Origin: Callorhinchus milii
Taxonomy: Eukaryota
DNA length: 64,000 nt
Reading direction: 5' to 3'
Assembly (NCBI RefSeq): GCF_018977255.1
Contig: NW_024704759.1
Span: forward strand, 8,618,001-8,682,000
Positions within the stretch are counted from its first letter, which is position 1, and every line of letters begins with the position of its first letter. Below are positions 1 to 11,861 of the stretch, one piece after another. The notes below the pieces were generated by a model. It made no database searches, was not told the origin of the DNA, and worked only from the letters and a program-made list of their open reading frames with translations. The position numbers were made by a program, and so were the translations under genes.

Positions 1-29
1 TGAAGACAATTTTGAATAGAATACATTCT

Positions 30-778
30 ACCTTGCTAAGCCAGTCCAGAACCTTGGGGAATTGTTTGACCCTCAACTATCCTTTCTACCCCACATCTGC
101 ACCATGACCTGTTCTGCCTTCTCCCACCTTCGAAGCGTCGACTAGCTCTGCCACTGTCTCATACCGCAGGCTGCCAAAACCCTCATACATGCTTTCATTA
201 CATCAAGGCGTGACTTTGCAAACTCCCTGCTTGTCAGCCTCCCCAACTCCTCTCTCCACAGGCTGCAGATCATCCAGAACTCTGCAGCCCATATCCTCTC
301 CCACACTAGGCTCCGTGACCCTATCACCCCCATCCTCGCCCGACTCCACTGGCTTCCCATCACACAGAGGATACAGTTCAAGATCCTGTCCTCACCTTCA
401 AAGCCCTCCATGGCCTTGCTCCCTCCTAGCTCTGTGACCTCCTAACACCCTACTATCCTGTTCGCTCCCTCTACTCAGGGGGCTCCGGCCTGCTTCATGT
501 CCCCGCCTCACTCGCCCCACTATTGGCAGGCGGGCCTTCCGCCACTCTCCCGCACCCTCTGGAACTTCCTCCCGCAGTCCCTCTGCCTCACCCCCTCCCT
601 TGCTTCCTTCAAAACCCATCTCAAAACCTTCCTCTTTGACCGTGCTTTCAATTTCCCTATTTCCCCCCGCCCTCCATCCTCCCTGATCCCGACCCCCAGC
701 TCGGGTCCGTAAGTCTATCCTTCCAGCGTCTTGGGACGTGAAAGGTGCTTTACAGATGTAGTTTTGTTGTTGTTGTTG
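30..778 (+). mobile_element. L2-clade LINE, 5'-truncated (ORF2 C-terminus, 3'UTR, (GTT)n tail)
   Basis: Translates LFDPQLSFLPHI...AKTLIHAFITSRRDFANSLL...LHRLQIIQNSAAHIL...PITPILARLHWLPI.QRIQFKIL, typical of the L2 ORF2 C-terminus. One in-frame stop. Ends ttgggacgtgaaaggtgct...(gtt)n. Confidence 0.93.
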
Positions 779-837
779 TAGAATAGCTTTAGCTGTACAT
801 ACTGTGCTTTAAGGTCCAGTTGAGTTGGTTTGGATGT

Positions 838-991
838 ACCAAGTTCTTGCATGGGGTAATGTCACTAAACATTTGCTTTTCCTGTTGTGTCCTTTGGCTA
901 AGGTTTGCTCAACGTAATGAGCAAACACAGAAACAAATTACAGCGTTTGGCAAGCACTGCATTGTGAACGCAATCTGACCAGGAACTTGGT
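838..991. repeat. Degenerate palindrome (MITE-like relic)
   Basis: gtttgctca (903-911)/tgagcaaac (918-926) and accaagttctt (838-848)/aggaacttggt (981-991) share the same centre, 914.5. Confidence 0.65.
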
Positions 992-1199
992 TCAGCGCTG
1001 ACTTGCAAAGCACTTACTTTACAAGGGAAAGAGAATCATAATGACACAACCCTAGTGACTGCAATGCCTCGGCACTCTGGAGTCTTGAGACTGATGTTAT
1101 AGAAGATAAATAATTTCAGAAGGTGAGTAACTAACTGGATTTTAAATAGTAACACTTTCTCAGTGTATTACATCACATTTCTGGGCTGATACACTGATT

Positions 1200-1375
1200 C
1201 TATCCCCCCATCCAGATAATGCTGCAGATAAGTTGCTGATTTATTTTGTGGCTGTTTGTGCGGCTTGCTGTGTTCATTGGCTGTTGCATGTATCCACAAA
1301 ACCACAGTCCCTACACTTTCGAGCAATTACCTGTGAAGTGCTACAACGTTTTAGGTGACACTTCAAATGCAAAAA
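1200..1375 (+). mobile_element. SINE 3' tail fragment (L2-like tail)
   Basis: ggctgtttgtg...gctgtg...ttggctg...ctgtgaagtgc...aaatgcaa matches the tail of the full SINE copies in this window. Confidence 0.7.
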
Positions 1376-1459
1376 AATGAGTACTGGATCCAGAAAGAAA
1401 AACAGGGTCACTTTTGTATTGAGGTTGACAGTTGTCAATGAACAGAATTTCATGTAAGG

Positions 1460-1560
1460 AAACCAAAATGGGAAGACAGCGAGATAGCTATTCTGAAAAG
1501 ATGGGATCAAATGAGCTGAAGGGCTTTCTTCATCTGAATCTCTCTTGTGATCTTGTGTTT
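1460..1560 (+). mobile_element. CR1 LINE extreme 3' end
   Basis: atgagctgaagggctttcttcatc...cttgtgatcttgtg matches the reverse complement of the CR1 ends at 15060 and 49045. Confidence 0.6.
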
Positions 1561-1632
1561 GCGAATAGCAATTATAGAAGGAGGAAATAATGTATTTCAC
1601 TAGAAATGCTCCTGAGAACATAGTGGCCAAGC

Positions 1633-1930
1633 AATAGCAACAAAGTGCACTTCTATAGCTCCGATCATATAGTTATCCATCGACAGAGATAGAATGGAAG
1701 TCTGAGTGGAGTGGGAGATGGAAAAGAGAGAAGGAGGGAGATAATCAATGAGGTATATTTTTAGAAAGATGCACTCCTTGCAGGGTAGCATCTCAAAACA
1801 CGGCCTCCGAGCCGGGAGGGGGACTGGGGGTTTGTGGGGGTGGCCGTAAGCACTGTCAAAGAGGAAGGTTTTCAGGCGGGACTTGAAAAAGGGGAGAGAG
1901 GGAGCAAGGTGGAGGTATTGATGGAAGATG
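1633..1930 (-). mobile_element. L2 3' fragment, interrupted by ~110 bp of other sequence
   Basis: Minus ORF contains LHLAPSLPFFKSRLKTFLFDSAYG (L2 ORF2 end). A tail remnant aatagcaacaaagtgcacttctatagc lies at the left. Confidence 0.8.
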
Positions 1931-2546
1931 TTGAAAATTGAGAGGATGGAAGGCAATGTTCGCACCCCAGTACAGTGGACACTCACTCCTGCACTGGCAA
2001 CAACAGGGCTCAGCTTGCGGTAAATCTTAATTGCCAAGATATGTACTTCATTGTTCCAAAAAACAAATTAGCACAAAATACACTACAGCCGAAAAATCAT
2101 ATGAACTAAGCTGAGCCAGCGTGCTTCTTTGTTTTTAAAACTATGTTGTTCAAAACCTTGTTTGAACTATATTGGGTTTGTTGATCTAGGCTAAGCCAGC
2201 ATAGTTTAGCTGCTACATTTACCCATATTACAGCAGTTGCCACACTTAAAAATGAACTCGCATTGTGGAGTGCGGTGAGACATTGCAGCCCAACAAGGGG
2301 CTACATCAAAATTATTATTAAACCATGTTTTGCATGGTTCACTACCTTTAACAAATTTGTCCTTGTTGCTCTTATGAATAACGGTAATAAGATTTTAAAT
2401 TATGAATAATATTACATTACAAATATAAAATCAAATTACACGTATCAAATTGCAGTTATTTATAAGCACACATGGATATATAAAATAAGCTTAGCAAACT
2501 GAGAAGAGCAGTGTTTGGCTCACATCAGCAACTTTGTTATGTTGGG

Positions 2547-2958
2547 GTACTGCCTGGTTGAGTTCTTAACACTCTCATCTCTGAATCAGAAAGGTTCAAG
2601 GTTTGAGCGCATAGTCTCGGCTGACACTCCAATACACTGCTGGGTCATCATCACATCGTTGTCAGTGATGATGAAACGTTAAACAGAGGAAACATATACC
2701 TGTTCAAGTGCACGTTAAAGATCCCATGGCACCATTTTAAAAGTTTCTCCCAGTGCCCCTGGCCAACAATCCTCCAGATTAAAAACTAATTGGTTGTTCA
2801 CTTCATGACTATTTGTGGGACATTGCTGGGTGTAAATTGGCTGTAAGTTTCCCTACAAAATACAGTCACTGCACTTTACTTCACAGTAAAATCTTATGAA
2901 GTGCTTTGGGATGTTTTGATGATGTGATTAGGTACTATATCAAATGCACAAATTATTT
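2547..2958 (+). mobile_element. tRNA-headed Deu-domain SINE, near full length
   Basis: tRNA-like head (ctctgaatcagaaaggttc), Deu core (ggctgacactcc...cctgttcaagtgcacgttaaagatcccatggcac...ggccaacaat) and L2-like tail. Confidence 0.85.
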
Positions 2959-3742
2959 TTAGAGAGATTAGAAAAGTTCCCCTCAGACTCGTATTGCTAT
3001 AACAGGGTCCTTTATTGCAGGACATGACCCAACATCATTTCTGATGCTCTATACCTAGCAGCTCAAGCGTACGTAAGCTACCAGTGGACATGACATTACC
3101 CAGCGGCACGTCATAGCATAAAAACATGGCTATGGTATCAATAATAATGTGCACAGCTAAAATACCAAGGAAGATTCCCTTGGCATTTCTGGGGTTATAT
3201 TGGAGGTGGCTCCTGTACTGCAGCAGAACACCAATGTGGTCTTAAGCACAGGCACATAGAGCAAATATGGTTTGCTTGAAACTCACATCAATATTTCTCA
3301 GACCACAGGCACAAAGCTGTTTTATTTCACTTTTTTTATTCATTGTTTCTTTTTTATAGATCAGACATCCTCGCCTCTGAGGTGCCAGTCCGTCTTTGCG
3401 ACACGAAGGGCCACTTCACTCTTTGAAAATACTTTTACTTTGGCTGAATTTCATGGTTACATACCTGCAGCCAACCTGCCGGCATATCTTATCTTAAAGG
3501 GGCATTATCCTGAATGATCTGATAATAATAATCCTTCCATTTGATATAGCACCTTATCACCTCATCGAGACGTCTCAAAGCGCCTTCACAGGATATACTG
3601 TGTTTTTGTAGGTGAACCTTTGTGTAACATTCACTTACAAACTGAGGAGGTTTGTGCAACAGCACGGTTGATGAACAATATATAAAATTGATAATTATCA
3701 CATCATATACTGCAAAATCTTCCCAGAATTCAAAGAATTAAG

Positions 3743-4138
3743 GTGTCAGTCTGGCTCAGTTACTACTGCACTTGCCTCTGAGTCAGAAGATTATGGGTTC
3801 AAGCCCCACTTTAACTCACAGTCTAAATTGAAACTCCATTGCAGTGCTAAGGTGCCATCCTTTGGATGAGATCTTAAACTGAAATGCTATCTACCTGTTC
3901 AGTAGGCTGTTTAAGAGCTCATGGTATTATTTACAAAGAAAAGGGAGCCTAGCTAACAATCCCCCAGATAAAATTGTTTATTCATTTTATGGCTGTTTGT
4001 GGGACTTTGCTGTGCATAAATTGATTGATTGATTCAACTATACATGCACAACCACTGTACTTCACAGTAAAATCTTGCAAAGCGCTTTGAGACATTTTAA
4101 CATAATAAGGTGCTATATCAAATTCAAGCATTATTATC
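3743..4138 (+). mobile_element. tRNA-headed Deu-domain SINE, full length
   Basis: Head tggctcagtt...gcctctgagtcagaagattatgggttcaagcccc with A and B boxes; core ggtgccatcctttggatgagatcttaaactga; tail aaagcgctttgagac...aaggtgctatatcaaat...attattat. Confidence 0.9.
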
Positions 4139-4563
4139 TTATGGCTGTTTTCTCTATGATAAATTTTTAAAGTTTATATTAAACCTGAGAAGAAAGTGTT
4201 CATCTGGGACTCCAGTACAGCAGATATATTGTGGATGAGCTAAGTTTACAACTCATCCAGCAAATGCAATGTATCTTTCAGGTCTATTCCTCTGTTTTTC
4301 TTTCCTCTTTTAGTGTGAGTGCGTGTGACTCATAGAAAAGCACTTTGATTTGGAGGTAATTTTAACATTGCGAAATGACCTGGTGTGAAAAAGTAAGTTT
4401 ATGTTATCGAAGAACAATGACGTAAAGGCTGTATTCTACAGACAATTCCATGAATATCAACTCAGCTGTAACTGTGATTTACCTTTTTCATGTCACAGCT
4501 CACTGACAGAATGGTCTCTGTACATGGTAATTATTCTGGTTTGATCTCCATTTTGAAATGTTT

Positions 4564-4584
4564 TCTCTCTCTCTCTCTCTCTCT
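4564..4584. repeat. (TC)n microsatellite
   Basis: Directly visible. Confidence 0.95.
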
Positions 4585-5429
4585 GCTGTATTGACGTACA
4601 TGAGCTGTGCACTATTCCTCAGTTGAGAAGACAGACAGCCCATTCTCAGGATTTTGCTAATGCCATTTGCAAAGTGGTTGCTAGGAGATCGAGGAGACTG
4701 GGATGACTTTCTATTGCTTCCTCTACAAAAGGACCTGATGTTCAATCAGTGTCTCCCTCTGACAACCCATCGCAGGTCACAATCATGATTTGTGCTGTGT
4801 CTGTGTATGTAAATCTATACAATTCACTGCGGGAATGCACTGTGTGTTAGTTTGCCGAAATCACCTTCAAATAATAATGGTGACTTTGACTGCCATTGGC
4901 AGAGTGGTAATGATTACAGATTACAGCAGATTGCACACCTCCCTGTATGGAGGATGTAAGAGGCTCCCTGATCAAACTAAGCCTCTTTAGACACTGCTTC
5001 AAATTAAGGTAGATGACTCTTTGCCAGTACACCCACAGACTCATGCTCTGCGGCCAGAGACAGGCAAAGTGGCTTCAGTCTTGTTAGTATTGCTATGTAG
5101 AAAGTTACAGCTGACATTGGACAGCATTGGGAAAAGGCCAGTCTGTCAATAGTCAATTTAAGGAACACAGCTGGCAGGAACAGTGCACAGCTTTAGACGA
5201 TGCATTCATCTGAACATAGATAACTCCCATTACAACATTAGGTTTTCTTACATTAATTATTTCTCAGTAAGGTAAAGTTTTATGGCACATTAGTACAGAT
5301 ATAAAGTTTATCTGGTGACGCCTAATGGAAGAACATTGTAGTCTCACTATGTTAGGCTGCCTGTATCGATCTTTATTTGTTTGTATTAAATAAGACTATA
5401 ACTTTGTTTTAAATTAAACAGAATGCGTC

Positions 5430-5700
5430 AGGTACTGGTGATACAGCCTGAGGGGGTGCTTTTACCTCTGGGCCTTAGGTTCAAATAGAGTGTACATAGA
5501 AGGGATTACAAACTTATCCTTTGATATAGGGTAAGGTTCTTAAGTGCAATTGATACGAGCTGTCTCAATCCAGTTCCCAGTGAATACAAATGCCCCGCTC
5601 TAAAACACCTATGTATAGGTTATACTTTGTACTCTAGTGTTATTAGTAATGAATTATGCTACTCTGAGAAGTTAAGAGAATAACGGGTGTGGGGAATGAA
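5430..5700 (+). mobile_element. LF-SINE-like relic
   Basis: gcttttacctctgggccttaggttcaaatag (5458-5488) and gtctcaatccagttcccagtgaatacaaatgccccgctctaaaacacc (5562-5609) resemble, in the right order, the LF-SINE head and body motifs as I recall them. Confidence 0.55.
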
Positions 5701-6269
5701 AGGTCGGGATGAGGAGGAAAACAGGATGTGCAGGGGGGGTGGGGGGGCATTGGGGGAGAAATATCATTATTATAAACAAATGTTAATATATTTTCAGTCA
5801 AAAATATTGACTGAATATTTGAGTGTAAATTGACTTGAAAAAAATCTCAGTAGCTTTTTAAATCCGGAATATGTGTGGACTGCAGTTTTAAGAAACCAAT
5901 TGGTAGGTACAACAATGTGAACGTACATTTAGCCCCAATTGAACTATATGTGCTTCCCAGCCACCAAATCACTGTGTAGTCGGTAGCAGAGTGGGGTAAA
6001 TCATCTGTAAAGTCAGACTCTTAATATAAGCTGAATATAATGGAAAGGGCTGAGAATGGATATATTATCCAATTTATAAAATCAATAAAATAATATGAAG
6101 AACGTATTTCCCAGGGCTATGAAAATGCAAATGTTCCTTTTTACGAATCAGAACAAGAGGGAGGGAAGAGAGGTCAGGGGAGGAAATAAAATGCCACATT
6201 TCTGTGACAAAGTGCCTAGATGTTATTTTGCATTGCAAACTCTATGACACATTCTCAATGTGCAAGCTA

Positions 6270-6530
6270 ACCACAAAAAGAATTAAAGGGGAGGTTAGAG
6301 AAAAAAAAATCTTTAACCAGAGAGTGGTTGGAATTTGGAATTCTCTAAGTCAATTCACAAACGCTTTTAACAGGGAATTACATAGAGGCTTGAGAAGGAA
6401 GAGTGATACAGGGTAAGGGGAGCATATTGGACAGTTGGATTAGACAAGGTTGCTGTCTCATAGGGAGAAGAACACCAACACAAACCTTATGTGCTGCATG
6501 GCCTGTTTCTGTGCTAAAACATTCTACGAT
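6270..6530 (+). mobile_element. CR1 LINE 3' end
   Basis: KRIKGEVREKKIFNQRVVGIWNSL...NAFNRELH matches the CR1 ORF2 C-terminal motif (F.QRVV..WN.L); 3'UTR ggcctgtttctgtgct. Confidence 0.8.
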
Positions 6531-7756
6531 TATTGCTAACAGAAATGCCATAACCAGTAGAATGGAATCGAAAGCTTGTAAAATGGCCTTGAAAGTGGTT
6601 CATTTGGAACCGGAATAATCCCAGTTGGCACTTAGATTTTTAAAAATATAATAACAATCAATTCAATCTAGTTGAAAACTATCTGGACTCTTTAGCAGGC
6701 ATACCAGCTTTACAGATGGGAAATCTAAGCATTAAGGTAACAGTTAAAAAAATCTGCTGAACAAATGTGAATTCCAAATTTGAAAGGGACTCAATTGACG
6801 GCTGGGGAATATTGAAGACTGTGGTACTATCTTGCTCTATGTTTATGCAGTTAACTTAACTGTGTACAGAGTTCCACAGGAGGTCTGTAAGAGGATGGAT
6901 GAAGAAATCCTCCCATTTACATTTTCACCACAGGGAAAGTGTTCATTCAGCTCCCTGATCTTTCTGGAGTAAAACTCTACATCAGAATTCATTTCCAAAA
7001 AGCCAGGAGGTTTCTGTAATAGTTGTATTAAAATTATCATCCAACCTGAAGACTTACCTTTTTAAATTAAGATTAGTTTGCGTTGCATGAAATAAATCAT
7101 TTAAAATAACTGTCGAAACTTAAAGATTTATAAATATTGATAGGCATTTATATTAAGCAAGGTTTGAATCCCCATTCTTTAATAGTATTACACAGTGTAT
7201 CAAGCTTATAGAATATTCTTTGCTCTGACATGTCACTTTATTGAACAAAGCTAATATTTGTTAGACAATTAGTCACAAGGCATCATTTGTATTCCTTGAG
7301 GAAACCATTTTTTAAAGATTTCCTTTTCACATTGCTATAATTATAATATCAGTCAGAGCTAATATAATCCAGAGCAGAAATAGTACATAATTTACTTATT
7401 GACCAGATATGATGATGGGTTTGAGTTCCAGAGCTGACTATCACATAAAGTGGTTTATTTTGATCAATGACCTATTGAGGTAAAATCTGTGGCATTTGTG
7501 ATACATTCCTTTTTATTAACACAAATAACACATTGTGAAATATCAGTTCCCCATTCCACTATAAGATGGAAGACAATATGCAACCAAAGTATTCTATATC
7601 AAATTAGAAGGAAATGAGAAGCATAGTCCAGCTCCACATACAAGCTACTAAAAATGTTTGTGTAACTACATCTCAGCCTCTACCAGGGCAAAACCATTGC
7701 CCACAATAGCTACACTGAGATTCCTTCTTCTGGAAATGCTCCACTTGATCACTTGC

Positions 7757-8071
7757 AATATAATAATAATAATAACAATAATAATAATCCTTGCATTTGA
7801 TATAGCGCTTTTCACATCTTCTCGATGTCCCAAAGCGCTTCACAGAATAGACTGTAAAGTGAATTGACTGTATATTTGTGGGCGAACGCGGCAGCCAATT
7901 GCGCACAGCAGTGTCCCACAAACAGTCGTGGATTGAAAATGACCAATTTATTATTGTTTTTTTTTGGAGGGATTATTATTAGGTGTGTGGAGTAAGGAAA
8001 CGTGCCCAAGGTTTTGCCCTGCCTGGAATTGAACCCAGGTGTCTCGCTTGCACTGAGCTACAGGACTCCAC
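7757..8071 (-). mobile_element. tRNA-Val-headed SINE with internal deletions
   Basis: Reverse complement of the 38559 element: (taa)n tail, gtgtggagtaaggaaac core, gaattgaacccagg B box, ggactccac 5' end. Confidence 0.88.
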
Positions 8072-8297
8072 ACACAAATGCTACACTTTACAGTAAATCC
8101 GATGATGTGAAAGGTGCTATTTCAAATGCAAGGATTGTTACTGTTATTAATCATAGTCAGGCTTTCCACTCTGGTTCACCTTTCACATTGTTGACGGAAT
8201 GAGATGTCGAACATCTGTACTGTGCATCCTTCCCAGTCATTATCACAGAAATGGGATTGCTGAAAAATAACAGGTGAAGATCTGCCTAGAGAATGGA

Positions 8298-8510
8298 GAC
8301 AACTACAACATGCGTTTATATAGCACCCATCACACAGGGTAGTGTCTCGAAGCCCTGAACAATGGCATAATTTGATAACGAAGCAGGGATTGGGCAGAAG
8401 TGACTGTAGGGATGGTTGAAGAGGAAAATCTTAAGTGTGATCTGAAGATGCGAAAAGAGGGGGTGAGGTGGAGGGATTGAGGCAGGGAGTTACAGAGGTT
8501 TGGGGTGAAC
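8298..8510 (-). mobile_element. L2 3' end, degraded
   Basis: acaactacaac tail, tttatatagcaccc, gaagaggaaaatcttaagtgtgatctgaag, gggtgaggtggagggattgaggcagggagtt. Confidence 0.75.
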
Positions 8511-8774
8511 CTGAGACCCTTGGATTGTTTGTCACAGTAGTCAGGTATTTGCTCAGTCCATCATTTGCCTTGATTAATGCAGTGAAGAGAAACAAACAGG
8601 ATCAATAAAAAGTGTCTGTACTAAATACTTTGGATACAAGTCCACACAGAACACTACCGTGGAAATGATCCACGGTTTGCACTTGTTTTCTTTTATTCTT
8701 ACTTACCAGCACAGCATAGGCTAATCTGAACTAAACCCACTTTTTCTTAATCTGCCAGTGCTCCCCCAGCATTG

Positions 8775-8965
8775 TAATGAAATGTCAGGTTGGATCACGC
8801 AGAGGGTAATGATAATGTAGAACATGCTGCCCAAAGCAGTAGCTGAATTGGATAGTCTAGATACATTAAAGAGGAAGCTGGATACACACATAGGGGAGAA
8901 AGGAATAAAAAGGCATGGGAGAGACAACAGCCTGTTTTTTTATGTTCTACAATCTATGTCAATCT
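8775..8965 (+). mobile_element. CR1 LINE 3' end
   Basis: MLPKAVAELDSLDTLKRKLDTHIGEKGIK is the CR1 C-terminus; ends ctacaatctatgtcaatctatg. Confidence 0.8.
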
Positions 8966-9189
8966 ATGTAAGGGAGGTAAGAAACCTCAAAAGGGAGAGC
9001 AAGTTTAACACCCAAGTGAAATTCTAATTGACAAGAAATGGGAACAGATTGCCACTGTGTCAGTCAAGGTGACACCGGAAACTTTATTTAAGAAAGAAAC
9101 TTATAATTTGTGAAAAGAGAGCCACAAGAAGGTTATTAAAAGGGAAGTATCACAAGATTTTTTCGAGGGGTAAAAAAAAATCGACATAT

Positions 9190-9271
9190 CATAACACAGT
9201 CAATGTGATAATTATTGAATCATTGAACCTGTTATGTAATTATCACTTTGAACCTGTTATGTAATTATCAC
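9190..9271. repeat. 25-bp unit in two tandem copies plus one inverted copy
   Basis: ttgaacctgttatgtaattatcac at 9223 and 9248; 9190-9214 matches the reverse complement of a permuted unit at 21/25. Confidence 0.85.
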
Positions 9272-10454
9272 ATCGAATATGTTTTTAAAGGTTCCATTTT
9301 TGGTCATGATAGATGACCTGAAAACAGGACACACAATTGCACTCAGATGTTCCAATATTCAGTTGAAGAGAATTGTAACATGGATAGATGCCTCACTGAT
9401 TTCACCCTGGCTCACTTCACAGCTGAACATCTGCAAGCAAGGAAGTTCCAGATGAACACCTTATCTTTTTGGAGAGTTCATAGACAGAAGAACAATGTGT
9501 GAAATATCTGCGCAGATCATGTGGATGGATATGGAAGCTGAGGGTTATTTCCAGCAGCATTTAGTAACTTAAGCATAAACACTGAGATCTGATTGACGTG
9601 CTTATAACTCTTGCATTCTAGTTATAATTTTCCAGAAACTCAGAAATTTTCTCCAGTATCAGGACTTGATCACAGTTCTCCAACGCTGTAGAGAACAAGC
9701 TTTGACATGAACTAGGACGTTCTCATTAGGTCCATCAGCTAATGGACCCTCATCTGGTTACCATCACTTGAAGGAACCCTAAGCCCTGGAGGAAGAGATG
9801 GATTTCCCTTTATTTTGTCAAAGAACATTGTAGCATTGGCTAGATCAGAGCTCTGTAGAATACTCAAAACTGCGGATGTTGATAAGTAGGACTGAATTTT
9901 CTCAAGGATTACCATTTTAAGTCATTCCACCACTTGTTTGACTCAGCATAGATCAGTCATGACCAAGGAATGGAAAATAACTGTTCACCTCCCCGGGAAT
10001 ACCAAAACACGATTAGGAGGATAATTCACCCTGAACATGTGTAACTGAAGAGCATGTGCAAGCCTTAATAGACTAGAAGTGAATTAGTAGCATTGTGGTC
10101 AATCTTGACAGAATTATTGATTGGGAGTTCTTAGCGTTAAAGATGACACACTATTTATCGTCCTGCTTGAAGGTGTTTGAGTGCAATGTAATTAGTAGAG
10201 GATACACAGTGATATAGTTGACAGTAAGCACAAGAAACATAACAGAATTGTACATGGGGAATAATGTCCTAACACTTCTGACACACTAATGACTGGTTCA
10301 GGTTGCTGAGAAGGGTGGTTGAGGCCAGAGCATTGGACTCATTTATTAAACAGAGTGATGCTGTGGTGGGAAGATGAAAGAGTGGGTATTCTGGAAGGAT
10401 AGCATTTTTCTTCCAAAATATTCCTGTGTTTTTGGGAACTTCATTTAATAATTT

Positions 10455-10955
10455 AACAACAACAACAACAAGATTACATTTGTACAGCGCCTTTCACATC
10501 GGGAGGATGTCCCAAGGTGCTGGACAGTGTACAGCATTTCAGACCCGAGCTGGGGTCAGGGGGGGAGAAGGGAGGGGAGGGGAAGGGGGGTGGCCGATGG
10601 CATGGTCGAAGAGGAGGGTCTTGAGGCGGGACTTGAAGGAGGCTAAGGAGAGGTCGAGGCAGAATGACTGGGGAATGGAAGGTTCGAGGCAGAGTGGCTG
10701 AAGGCTTTCTTGCCAATGGTGGGGCGGGTGGGTCGGGGAACATGGAGCAGGCTGGAACCGGCTGAGCGGAGGAAGTGGGCGGGTTGGTAGGGGGTTAGGA
10801 GGTCGCAGAGGTAGGGTGGGGGGAGGCCATGGAGGACTTTGTAGGTGAGGACCAGGATCTTGAACTGGATCCTCTGAAGGATAGGGAGGCAATGGAGTCG
10901 GGCGAGAATGGGGGAGATGGGGGTCACGGAATTTGGTGCGGGAGAGAACACAGGG
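10455..10955 (-). mobile_element. L2 LINE, 5'-truncated
   Basis: PISPILARLHCLPILQRIQFKILVLTYKVLHGLPPPYLCDLL and ASFKSRLKTLLFDHAIG; (aac)n tail at the left. Confidence 0.95.
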
Positions 10956-11099
10956 AAACTGCACTTTCTATTCCCATGCACTTAAGAATCAAAACAATAT
11001 CTTGATGGTAGCCTTAGAAGTTCAGAGCTAAGTTACGATTTCAACTAGCGATCCCAGCATAGGGATTTAAATACTTTAGTTGTTAAAAACTTTTAAATA

Positions 11100-11378
11100 A
11101 ACACCCCTCCTCAAACAACCTACCCTCAATTCCTCTGACCTCTCACACCACCGTCCCATCACCAACCTACCCTTCCTTGCCAAAGTCCTGGAACACATTG
11201 TTGCAGATCAACTTTGATCACACCCCTCTCGCCACTCTCTCCTCGAGCCCCTGCGGTCTGGTTTTTGCCCTGCCCACAGCACAGAGACAGCGCCTGTCAA
11301 AATCACCAACGACATCCTCTCTATCTGTGACCAGGATTCCCTCTGCCTCCTCATCCTTCTGAGTCCCTCTGCCGTGTT
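11100..11378 (+). mobile_element. L2 reverse-transcriptase fragment
   Basis: PLLKQPTLNSSDLSHHRPITNLPFLAKVLEHIVADQL...LLEPLRSGFCPAHSTETAPVKITNDIL matches L2 RT motifs YRPISNLPFLSK and QSGFR..HSTETAL. Confidence 0.9.
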
Positions 11379-11587
11379 TAATAGTATAAATACGCAAATG
11401 TACTTGAGAGAATTGTTTTGGGATATGGCATTGTGGTTTATAGTGATCCTGGTCACACATGACATTGCATTCACAATAGAACTATCTAGGACTTGAAAGT
11501 CCAGTACATAAATATTGAGAGTCAATGCCAATTAGTGGCTTTTTAACATGGTTGTGCTCAGATATTTTGAGGGAGATGTCTAAGTGG

Positions 11588-11861
11588 TGTAGCCATATAT
11601 AGCCTGGTTGAAAGCAGTCACAGCAGTCACCTGCCCTGGTATTTAAGTGTGTATTTGTTAGGTTATATCCTGTAAACCCCCAGATCATCTGTGAGATCCA
11701 TTCCACTCAACTAATCCTTTATAATCCCCTAGTGCTCACAGTAATGGCATCTTTCTCAATCACCAACAACAACAACATGATTGCATTTATAGAGCGCCTT
11801 TCACGTCACCAGGGGCAGATGACTGCTGTGACTGCTTTCAATCTGGTTATATTTGGGAGCA
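11588..11861. repeat. ~50-bp inverted repeat pair enclosing an L2 tail (11761-11807, minus strand)
   Basis: 11593-11640 is about 88% identical to the reverse complement of 11808-11856. Confidence 0.9.

Noticed and set aside
10455-11378. Twin-primed (5'-inverted) single L2
   Set aside because: Orientation is compatible, but ~150 bp of unrelated DNA separates the pieces and much intervening ORF2 is missing. Independent fragments are simpler.
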